DNA of 32,000 nucleotides from Pirellula staleyi DSM 6068 (lineage in GTDB: Bacteria > Planctomycetota > Planctomycetia > Pirellulales > Pirellulaceae): positions 5,700,001 to 5,732,000 of the forward strand of contig CP001848.1 in NCBI GenBank assembly GCA_000025185.1, in the 5' to 3' direction. The notes under the pieces were generated by a model that was given only the letters and a program-made list of their open reading frames with translations, had not been told where the DNA came from and did not search any database. Positions 25,005 to 32,000 of the stretch are shown one piece after another. Both the position numbers and the translations under genes were made by a program. Each line of letters begins with the position of its first letter. Position 1 is the stretch's first letter.

Positions 25005-25919
25005 TTAAGGTGACGAGGGGGATTCGTCGGCGATTGGTAGTGGGTGAGTGGCGAGCCAAGTGCGGAGTGAGGTTTTGCCATCGGCCAAGTAGCTGGTGTC
25101 GAGAAACATCGCACCAAACTCCTGCGAGACGGAACTAGCGCCGGTGAGGCAGATTTCGACGTAGGCCGGGTTGGGCTCGATGGTGTTGTCGATCACCTGG
25201 CGACCTTCGACCACTTCATCCTCGGCACAGAGCACGTAGGCCAGAAACGGCTCGTCTGTGGGCGAGTCCCAGCGAATGCTGGTGACAGGACGCAGATGAT
25301 AGCCGTGCTCGCGCTTCCGTAGGCCATCCAGATCTTGTACAGCGACCGAAAGAATGCGGCCGTTGAACCAATCGTTGCTGCGACCGGTCGCCACCATGTT
25401 GAGCGCCGCACGCTCGTCGGGCTGCGGGTTGCCTCCGAGTTCTTCCAGGACGCTGCCTGGAATCAGGTAGTTAAAGAGCCGCTTTGCGCCGACGGCAACG
25501 ACTGGAAAGAATTCCTCTTCGTTTACCCCTTGGATGTCCTCCGCAGCGGACTCCAGATTGAGCAGACTGCCAATGCCCACAATCAGCACACGCTGGTTGG
25601 GCTGCTGGCGAATATGCTCCTCGAGATTCGTCCAGGGGAAGTCAAAGCCGCTGGCACTACGATGCTGCTCATGGGCGGCAGTCAGCTTATCGAGCAGAGC
25701 CTGTGGAACCTGCGAGGTGGGAGCCGTGGCGGGTGCTGCGGGAGTTTCGGCCAGCTGGCCGCACCCTGCGAATAAGAGACAGAGCACAGCAACAATGGCG
25801 CTGCGAATCAAATGCCGAATAGCTTTTTCGATTGTATCCAACACAAACGGGCTGTCGACGCGCGAAAGCGAAGACCATGGCGTTAAACGCATGCGACAGC
25901 CCTTTGTGCCCCAGTGCAA
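25005..25919 (-). CDS. Lipoprotein with a gamma-glutamylcyclotransferase/ChaC-like core (tentative)
   Basis: Lipobox LLFAGC. 'VLIVGIGSLLN' resembles the YGSL motif of the GGCT fold, and 'LRKREHGYHLRPV' resembles the catalytic-Glu segment. The true start is probably an internal GTG/TTG just before DTIEKAIRHLIRSAIVAVLCLLFAGC. Confidence 0.55.
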   Translation of the reverse strand: MHWGTKGCRMRLTPWSSLSRVDSPFVLDTIEKAIRHLIRSAIVAVLCLLFAGCGQLAETPAAPATAPTSQVPQALLDKLTAAHEQHRSASGFDFPWTNLEEHIRQQPNQRVLIVGIGSLLNLESAAEDIQGVNEEEFFPVVAVGAKRLFNYLIPGSVLEELGGNPQPDERAALNMVATGRSNDWFNGRILSVAVQDLDGLRKREHGYHLRPVTSIRWDSPTDEPFLAYVLCAEDEVVEGRQVIDNTIEPNPAYVEICLTGASSVSQEFGAMFLDTSYLADGKTSLRTWLATHPLPIADESPSSP

Positions 25920-25980
25920 CGCAACCCGGGGGCGATGTTTTCAGCAGGCGAGTGACACTCGTTCGTTGGCCGGTGCAGCC

Positions 25981-26040
25981 AGCCCTACGATGACTAGCCC
26001 TACGATGACTAGCCCTACGATGACTAGCTCTGCGGTGATT
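25981..26040. repeat. 15-bp tandem repeat AGCCCTACGATGACT: 3 perfect copies plus 1 degenerate
   Basis: The perfect copies are 25981..25995, 25996..26010 and 26011..26025. 26026..26040 matches at 11/15 and touches the pfp stop codon (26039..26041). Confidence 0.95.
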
Positions 26041-27343
26041 ACTCGTTGACGTAGGTTTCGAGGAAGCGGGCGAGGCGGTGGAAGTCGCTGCCTGTTTCGA
26101 TGAAGCGAACGACGGTGACGAGGGTTTGTGGGTCGACCAGCTTTTCAAACGGCACATAGTGCAGCTGCAATTGGCCGGTGACCGAAACCATGACGCCGTT
26201 GTGTCCTTCTTCGACCAGGGCGCGATAGGCACCGACGCCGAGTTGGCTGCCGAGCATTACGTCGAAAGCGTGTGGTTTGGCACAGCGCGATTCGTAGCCC
26301 AGCTGCAGGCCGGTGACCTTGCGGCTCTTGCCCGATGCTTTCTTGTAAGCATCACTCACCAGCTTCGAGAACATGCGGCCCAGGTTGACGTGCGAAATCG
26401 AGATATGGCCGTGATCGTCGCGCGGAATCCCTTCGAGGTATTTCATCGGGAGGAGTTCGGCGAGTCCCTCGGCCATGACGATCACGCCAAACTCTTTGCG
26501 CTCGTCGTCGCGGGCCATCATCAGCTTGACGATGCGGCCGACGACGCGCTCGACGTCCATGATGTCGCGAGTATCGTTTTCGCCCGTCTTGGGATTGGGG
26601 ACGGTTTCGGTCGTGCGATAGCTGCCGATGATGTCTTCAACGCTGATCACCAAGCTGGCTTCGCCGGCGATGGCGGCACCGTACGACAGCCAACCTGCGC
26701 TGCGGCCCATCGTTTCGGTGAGGAAGTAGGCGCGGCTCGCTTCAGCATCGGCCAGCAGGTTGCGAATTTCGGAGGCGAGCGTTTCGACAGCGGTGAAATA
26801 GCCGAACGTGAAGTCGATCCCCATGTAATCGTTGTCGATCGTTTTGGGGAGATGCACGACCGGGATGCGCTTGGCCGAAGCGGGCAAGGTGTCCTGGTAC
26901 ATCTTGAACTTGTTGGCGGTTTTGAGGGTGTCGTCGCCACCGATGGAGATGAGGGCATCGACGCCGAGCGAGCAGAGCCCTTCGTAGACGCGGCGCATCG
27001 GGGCCGACAGCTGCGGGTCCTTCAGGTGATCGGGGTGCGAGATGTGCTTGCCGGGATTGGCGCGGGCGGTGCCGATCATGATCCCTTGCGAGCTGCGGGT
27101 TCGCTTGAGGACTTTGTGGGTGATGTTGACGTAGTGCTTGTCGGCTTCGAGCGGCTTCTCGGGGGAGTAGTCGATGAGGTTCGAGTAGCCGTACTGAATG
27201 CCGTAGACCTCGATGTTGTTTCGCAAAAACGAAACAGCGGCGGTCGAGATCACGGCGTTAGCGCCGGGAGCTGGTCCACCTGCAAAGAGGATCGCCACAC
27301 GTTTAATGGAGGTGTTTTTTTTCACCGGAGTCGTCATGGACAT
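26039..27343 (-). CDS. pfp: Pyrophosphate-dependent 6-phosphofructokinase (PFK family)
   Basis: The start is moved to Met 27343 or 27337 (MSMTTPVKK). Motifs are 'FAGGPAPGANAV', 'SIGGDDTLKTA', 'LPKTIDNDY' and 'ETMGRSAGW'. The GGDD plus PKTIDND combination is the PPi-type signature. Confidence 0.88.
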   Translation of the reverse strand: MSMTTPVKKNTSIKRVAILFAGGPAPGANAVISTAAVSFLRNNIEVYGIQYGYSNLIDYSPEKPLEADKHYVNITHKVLKRTRSSQGIMIGTARANPGKHISHPDHLKDPQLSAPMRRVYEGLCSLGVDALISIGGDDTLKTANKFKMYQDTLPASAKRIPVVHLPKTIDNDYMGIDFTFGYFTAVETLASEIRNLLADAEASRAYFLTETMGRSAGWLSYGAAIAGEASLVISVEDIIGSYRTTETVPNPKTGENDTRDIMDVERVVGRIVKLMMARDDERKEFGVIVMAEGLAELLPMKYLEGIPRDDHGHISISHVNLGRMFSKLVSDAYKKASGKSRKVTGLQLGYESRCAKPHAFDVMLGSQLGVGAYRALVEEGHNGVMVSVTGQLQLHYVPFEKLVDPQTLVTVVRFIETGSDFHRLARFLETYVNE

Positions 27344-27693
27344 GCAATTAAAACCTTCACGCGGAAACGAAGTCGCCCGAGATTGCCAGCAACCATAGCG
27401 CTGGCTCATGCCTGGCGGAGAAGCGCCAGTGGCAGAGGTGAGGAGAGAGTTCCGCACAGGAGCCGGAGAATCGCTGTTGGCAAACCGTAGATTGTAGAAA
27501 CGGCACCCGCTGGAGCCAAGCGGCCTCCGGAGGGTGCCGGCGATCCGTGTGAGGTGAAGGTTCCGCGTAGTAACCGCGCCGCTGGGGGCAATAAAAAGCG
27601 TTACTGTGGCAAGGCTTAGCGCAGCAATTCGAGAGCCAGGAAACAGGGTCGGATCCTGGCTGCGAGTCGCTATAGCAATCGTGGCGGCCGGCG

Positions 27694-28392
27694 CTAGCGG
27701 CCGAGCGCGGGGACGATCACCTGCTCGGCAATGGTCGAGGAGATGCCGAGGGCGGTGGCGATTTGACTGGCGAGCTGCCGTTCTTCCATCGTGATGCTAC
27801 GCCCCCCGGCGATCATGCCGGTGATGGCCTGCATGATGGCCGACAGCTGCTGGGGGGTGAATTGCCCGGAGACTTGCCGCGCGTAGGGGACAATATTCTG
27901 CCCCGACTGAATCACCTGCTGCCATTCACCATTGACTTGGTCGGGGGTCAAGGGCTGCCCGACGAGTCGATGAAACTCGTTGCAAAGCGAGGTCATGTGC
28001 CCTTCGTTGGGGCGCGGAAGTGCCGCCAGGGAAAGGACCAGCAGCCGACGACTGGTGGCCACCATCTGCTGGCGCACGGCGTTGGGATCGGGCTCGTCGA
28101 AAGGGATCGCCCCCGATGCAGCAGCAGCGCCGCGGGCAACCATCATCGGGTCGCTCACCTGCTGCGATGGCTCGGGCGAATAGTTCAGCACTTCGGGGCC
28201 GAACGTGGCGCCGCAAGTGCCGCATTCGATGTATTCCCCGGCCCGGTACATCGGAAACACGGGAATGAAGTAGAGCGTGAACCAGCGGCGAATTTCTTTG
28301 TGAGTAAACACGCGGCTGGGGCCGCACCGAGGGCAATGAAAGTTTCCCTGGGTCACTGTCCGCTCAATACCACGACTTCCGTAGATGATCAT
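27694..28392 (-). CDS. Zinc-ribbon protein fused to a TerB-like C-terminal domain (tentative)
   Basis: The N-terminus 'MIIYGSRG...FHCPRCG...FTLYFIPVFPM...ECGTCG' is a 4-Cys ribbon with an embedded hydrophobic hairpin. The helical C-terminal half ends 'ITGMIAGGRSITMEERQLASQIATALGIS', which resembles TerB/DjlA-N. Confidence 0.6.
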   Translation of the reverse strand: MIIYGSRGIERTVTQGNFHCPRCGPSRVFTHKEIRRWFTLYFIPVFPMYRAGEYIECGTCGATFGPEVLNYSPEPSQQVSDPMMVARGAAAASGAIPFDEPDPNAVRQQMVATSRRLLVLSLAALPRPNEGHMTSLCNEFHRLVGQPLTPDQVNGEWQQVIQSGQNIVPYARQVSGQFTPQQLSAIMQAITGMIAGGRSITMEERQLASQIATALGISSTIAEQVIVPALGR

Positions 28393-28542
28393 CGCGCTGC
28401 ACTCCGCCTAGTTACTGATCCCAAAGACTGCCTGCTCGCTCCAAGGTGCAATCCGCACTTTCGGGGGACGTAGAATAATCCTTTACGCCGAGCCATTACA
28501 AGCTTTTTTTGGATCAAAATCTCGAAGTGGAGCGAGTTGCTT

Positions 28543-29655
28543 TTAGCGCAGGACGCAAAACGGCGAAAGATCGACCGCCGGCGTGATCCCCGAAATCAAG
28601 TCGCTCATCACCATGGCTGTGGCGGGAGACAAGTAGAGCCCACTTCGAAAGTGTCCGGCGGCGACAAATGCGTTGGCTAAATTCGGCAGCTTTCCGAGGT
28701 ACGGAAAACCATCGTACGAAGCGGGCCGCAGGCCAGCCCACGATTGCACGACCTGTGCGCTCGCGAGGCTAGGGACAAGCTCGATGGCAAACTGATGCAA
28801 GTCGGCTAGAGCTTCTTCGGTGTTGCGTTTGTCGAAGCCGACTTCTTCTTCGGTGGCGCCGATCAGCAGATGGCCATCGTCGCGCGGCACCATGTAGCGC
28901 GGGCCTTCGTTCACAATGGTGCGGAGGATCGGGGCGTCGGTTTTGAGCAGCAGCATTTGTCCGCGTATCGGCAGAACACCCACTTCAAAACCGAGCTTCT
29001 GCAGCAGAATGCCGGACCACGCGCCGGTGGCGATGCAGTAGTTTTTGGCCCGCAATTCGCCTTGCGAGGTGATGGCGGCCACCACTTCGCCACCGTGCAA
29101 CTGCAGATCGACGAGCGGGCTGTTTTCAATCAGCTCGACTCCCGCTTGCTGACAGGCGCGAATGAGCGACTGCAGATGCCGAGGATTGCGAATCTGACAT
29201 TCTTCCGGCAGAAAGTAGGTGGCGCGGAGCGGCTTCGACGACGGGGCTGGGGCGATGGCCGGTTCGATTTCGCGAAGGCGCGCGGGGGTGAGTTTTTCGA
29301 TCTGCACCTGTTCGTCGCTGGCAAGCTGGCTCCAGGCGACTAGCGAAGCAACTTCGCCAGCCGAGCGCGCGAGATAGATAGCCCCGTTTTGCTGATAGCC
29401 GTTGTGAATGCCAGTTTCACGGAGGAGTCGCGCCGACCATTCGCGATGCATTTCAAATGCCATGGCGCGAAGCTGATCGTAGGGATGAATCGCCAGGGGA
29501 CGTGCGGCGGGAGGAAGAATTCCGGCACCGGCCCAGCTTGCTTCACGCGCCAGTTTTCCCTGGTCCACCAGCTGCACCGATTGGCCACGACGCGCGAGCT
29601 CCCAAGCGATCGAGAGTCCGATCACACCACCACCAATCACCAGGCAATCGTTCAT
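28543..29655 (-). CDS. thiO: FAD-dependent glycine oxidase
   Basis: Rossmann motif 'DCLVIGGGVIGLSIAWELARRG'. 'WAGLRPASYDGFPYLG' and 'AAGHFRSGLYLSPATAMVMSDLI' closely parallel Bacillus ThiO. Confidence 0.8.
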   Translation of the reverse strand: MNDCLVIGGGVIGLSIAWELARRGQSVQLVDQGKLAREASWAGAGILPPAARPLAIHPYDQLRAMAFEMHREWSARLLRETGIHNGYQQNGAIYLARSAGEVASLVAWSQLASDEQVQIEKLTPARLREIEPAIAPAPSSKPLRATYFLPEECQIRNPRHLQSLIRACQQAGVELIENSPLVDLQLHGGEVVAAITSQGELRAKNYCIATGAWSGILLQKLGFEVGVLPIRGQMLLLKTDAPILRTIVNEGPRYMVPRDDGHLLIGATEEEVGFDKRNTEEALADLHQFAIELVPSLASAQVVQSWAGLRPASYDGFPYLGKLPNLANAFVAAGHFRSGLYLSPATAMVMSDLISGITPAVDLSPFCVLR

Positions 29656-29726
29656 CGAAATCGCTTCAAACGATGGAAAGAAAATTGAGTACCGAGAAGG
29701 TCGCGGCCCCCTCCCCTGCTCTGCGC

Positions 29727-30464
29727 TTATTGCTGCTGCATGGCTTGCGAATTGGCTTGCTCACGAAGCTCGCGGAGCTTTCGCTCGAGCGCTACTAAAT
29801 CGGGTTCAGCCCGATCGGGATCGGCAACCGAGCGACGCGCTAGTTGCTGCATCAGCCGCTCGAGATCGCTCGGCTCATCACAATCGTACCATGCGGGGAG
29901 CAGATGCACGGAGAGCCCAGCGGCGGCGATGCGCGCGAGCGTTTGCTGCAGAACCTGCGGGGTGCTCCAGGCGATTGATTGAAAAATCGTGATGGCGGGT
30001 TGCGAGAGCCCCACGAGATAGTAGCCACCATCTTCGCTCGGACCGAGCACGATGTCGTGCGTCGCCAGTTGCGCGAAAGCTTCGTCTATATAGTCGCGGG
30101 GAAGATCGGGCGAGTCGCTGCCGATCAACAGCAGGCGCTGACAACCGGCGTGGAACGCAGCGCTAGTGCAGCTGATGAGTCGCTCGCCTAGATCGCCCGG
30201 CGATTGCTCGGTGAGGTGCCAGGCTGCAGGGGCAAGCGATGCGATGAGCGCGGCGAACTGGTCGCGGGCGGTCGCCGGAGCAAAACAGATCGCGCGCTCG
30301 TCGGCCACCGATTTCCAGCGCGCAACTACTGCCTCGACCAAATATTTTTGCACGAGCGCCGCATGCTCGAACCCCAGCAGAGGCGCGAGGCGTGTTTTGG
30401 CGCTCCCGGCCTGCCAGTACTTGGCCATCAAGACCAGGCGCGATCGCGCTGGGCTGGTTGTCAC
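29727..30464 (-). CDS. DUF2064 / TIGR04282-type nucleotidyltransferase-fold protein
   Basis: GTG start at 30464. Motifs are 'AKYWQAGSAKTRL', 'LLIGSDSPDLP' and 'VLGPSEDGGYYLVG'. Confidence 0.75.
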   Translation of the reverse strand: MTTSPARSRLVLMAKYWQAGSAKTRLAPLLGFEHAALVQKYLVEAVVARWKSVADERAICFAPATARDQFAALIASLAPAAWHLTEQSPGDLGERLISCTSAAFHAGCQRLLLIGSDSPDLPRDYIDEAFAQLATHDIVLGPSEDGGYYLVGLSQPAITIFQSIAWSTPQVLQQTLARIAAAGLSVHLLPAWYDCDEPSDLERLMQQLARRSVADPDRAEPDLVALERKLRELREQANSQAMQQQ

Positions 30465-30790
30465 TGGGGCGCAGCTTCAGCAGCCAAGATGCGTTTGAGC
30501 AGGACTTCGTTCACCTTGGCGCGGAAACGGATCTTCCCATCGATTTCGACCACGGGAACGCAGCTGGTGTATTTGCCGCGCAGCTCGGGGTCGGCATCGA
30601 TATCGATCTTCGTGGGAGTAAGTCCATGGCGGACGAGGATTTCGATCGCCTCGTCGCACAGGTGGCACCCCTGGCGCGTGTAGACAACAGCCGAATGCTC
30701 GCTCGGAGCGACTTTGTTTCCACCACCACAAGCGGCATCGGCCGAACTGCGGCTGCCGAACAGACTCGAGAGTTGCGAAAGCAGGCCGAT
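30461..30790 (-). CDS. Glutaredoxin-like (DUF836-type) thioredoxin-fold protein, not in the ORF track
   Basis: Hand translation gives ...SAVVYTRQGCHLCDEAIEILVRHGLTPTKIDIDADPELRGKYTSCVPVVEIDGKIRFRAKVNEVLLKRILAAEAAPQ-stop, with a CxxC motif and a cis-Pro VP. The frame is open only from 30802 (TGA at 30805..30803) and has no ATG/GTG/TTG before the fold. ATC at 30790 lies 6 nt after AAGGAG. The stop overlaps the DUF2064 GTG as GTGA. Confidence 0.7.
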   Translation of the reverse strand: MGLLSQLSSLFGSRSSADAACGGGNKVAPSEHSAVVYTRQGCHLCDEAIEILVRHGLTPTKIDIDADPELRGKYTSCVPVVEIDGKIRFRAKVNEVLLKRILAAEAAPQ

Positions 30791-31425
30791 GACAGGCTCC
30801 TTTCAAGCGGGAGGGAAAGAATCGTGTGCCTAAGCACTTATTATTGACAAAAGGGGGGCGTTGACCACATGCTTCCGACTTCATGGTGGGGCTAGCAAGT
30901 GGGGTTCTGCCAGCATGCGGATTGCTTCATTTTGTCGCAAACCGTGTTAGAATACGAGTGTTGATGCTTGATGCCCGGAAAAACTCGGTGTAGGTTTGGC
31001 AAGCAATCCAAGGTTTTTCTGGGAAGAAACTGCTAGTTTTTTGTGAGATAGTCACTGGATTATCTGGTCGTCTTGCGAACGAATCACGCCCTGAAAGGCG
31101 GCTTTCGGCTCGCAGCGGACAGTTGTCGTAGCGACGACCGAATGAAAATGCGGCAAATCTCCACCAGCACGTCGAGCCGATAAGCATTGTGGCACGAAGC
31201 CTCTGTGGCCCAAGGTGTCCTGCTGAGCGTGACTTGTTGACCTGCCCTTTGTGGCAGCTCACGAGCTTCCGCGATTGCCCGGCGCGGAGTGTTAGTGGTT
31301 GGAAGCCGGTTGCCAGTAACAGTGAATTCGCTGCAGCGAGTGAAAACTTGGCTACAGCGGCGACAGTTGTCGGCGGTCTTTGGGGGACTGCCGAACTCCC
31401 GTGCCTCGAGGCGGATTTGAGCGGC

Positions 31426-32000
31426 ATGGCAAAGCTTAGCGTCGACGCGTTTCTCGATTACGTCCAGAAAAGTGGTCTGGCCGATAGCGGTGCGCTCGAA
31501 ACGGCCCTCGCCCCTCTGAAGGCGAAGCATGGCGGATCGCTTCCCGAAGATGCCGATCTCGTGGCGGCCGAGTTGATCGACGCCAAACTGATCACCAGTT
31601 GGCACTCGGAAAAGCTGATGGACAAGAAGTACAAAGGCTTCTTCCTCGGCAAGTACAAACTGCTGCGGCACATTGGCAGCGGTGGTATGAGCAGCGTTTA
31701 TTTGGCCGAGCATCTGCTGATGCGTCGCCAGCGGGCGATTAAAGTACTTCCCAAAGCGCGGGTGAACGACTCGAGCTATCTGGCCCGGTTTCATCTCGAA
31801 GCGCAAGCAACAGCTTCGCTCGACCATCCGAACATCGTGCGAGCCTACGACGTCGACAACGATGGCGACACGCACTTTTTGGTGATGGAGTACATCGAAG
31901 GGCGCGATCTGCAGAACATTGTGAAAGCAGAAGGACCGCTGCCACTCGAACTCGCCTGCAACTACATCGCGCAGGCTGCCGAGGGACTCGACTACTCGCA
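31426..32000 (+). CDS. Hanks-type Ser/Thr protein kinase, 5' part; the gene continues beyond the window
   Basis: Hand translation from the ATG at 31426 gives [14 protein letters not shown]... The G-loop is '[10 protein letters not shown]', the catalytic-lysine motif is 'RAIKVL', and 'HPNIVRAYD' and '[11 protein letters not shown]' follow. No stop codon occurs before base 32000, so the ORF is absent from the track. Confidence 0.88.
   Translation, partial: MAKLSVDAFLDYVQKSGLADSGALETALAPLKAKHGGSLPEDADLVAAELIDAKLITSWHSEKLMDKKYKGFFLGKYKLLRHIGSGGMSSVYLAEHLLMRRQRAIKVLPKARVNDSSYLARFHLEAQATASLDHPNIVRAYDVDNDGDTHFLVMEYIEGRDLQNIVKAEGPLPLELACNYIAQAAEGLDYS

Noticed and set aside
25981-26040. CRISPR-like interpretation of the 15-bp repeats, and of the REP-like boxes elsewhere
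   Set aside because: The repeats are contiguous with no spacers and are far shorter than CRISPR repeats. The dispersed boxes are single copies in different intergenic regions. No cas genes are present.
25534-26049. Plus-strand ORF ending in ...SPTMTSPTMTSPTMTSSAVITR
   Set aside because: The peptide repeat is just the translation of the 15-bp intergenic tandem repeat. The rest of the ORF is antisense to the 25005..25919 gene.
26078-27490. 470-aa plus-strand ORF mirroring pfp
   Set aside because: It is antisense to an unmistakable phosphofructokinase (GGPAPGANAV, GGDD, PKTIDND, MGR). No motif is recognisable in the plus-strand translation.
30844-30866. Perfect TTGACA (30844..30849) and TTGACC (30861..30866) hexamers as plus-strand promoters
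   Set aside because: No acceptable -10 hexamer lies 16-18 nt downstream of either.
30392-30884. Track ORFs 30392..30847 (plus), 30477..30884 (minus) and 30511..30837 (minus)
   Set aside because: All are wrong-frame or antisense readings, Arg/Ser/Pro-rich. The third minus-strand frame gives a clean glutaredoxin-like fold with a CxxC motif and a GTGA junction to the next gene.
30927-31875. Minus-strand ORFs 30927..31427, 31084..31875, 31458..31673 and 31739..31945
   Set aside because: 31084..31875 and the smaller ORFs are antisense to the kinase gene, which has clear G-loop, AxK and HPNIV motifs. 30927..31427 has an implausible composition and no start context.

Overview
This is a 32-kb chromosomal segment that looks like a Planctomycetota (Pirellulales-type) genome. 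Hallmarks are a DUF1559 / H-X9-DG prepilin-like protein with a partner lipoprotein, DUF1080, a CxPxR sulfatase, Asp-box (BNR) propellers and a Hanks kinase. Hand-sampled genes run about 60% GC. Content is mostly housekeeping: leuA, a tdh-kbl-ltaE threonine-to-glycine cluster with a divergent XRE-cupin regulator, hisD and hisC-hisB, a PPi-type phosphofructokinase and thiO. I found no rRNA, tRNA, CRISPR array, transposase or integrase. I support 28 coding regions. Three are absent from the ORF track: a 19-codon leader peptide, a glutaredoxin-like gene with no canonical start codon, and a kinase gene running off the 3' edge. The observations most worth following up are listed here. (1) A leucine-codon-rich leader peptide, antiterminator and intrinsic terminator sit in the 690-bp leuA leader. 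(2) A secreted TPR-head protein carries 19 evenly spaced DPF(G/A) motifs in a Pro/Ala tail, encoded by nested tandem DNA repeats. (3) Several families of REP-like intergenic repeats occur; some bracket an AT-richer orphan gene next to an orphan SUKH/SMI1 immunity gene. (4) The glutaredoxin-like ORF appears to start at ATC or CTG behind a perfect AAGGAG and is coupled by a GTGA overlap to a DUF2064 gene. (5) A 15-bp x3-4 tandem repeat lies downstream of pfp. All family calls come from motif recognition by eye. No searches or folding programs were run.
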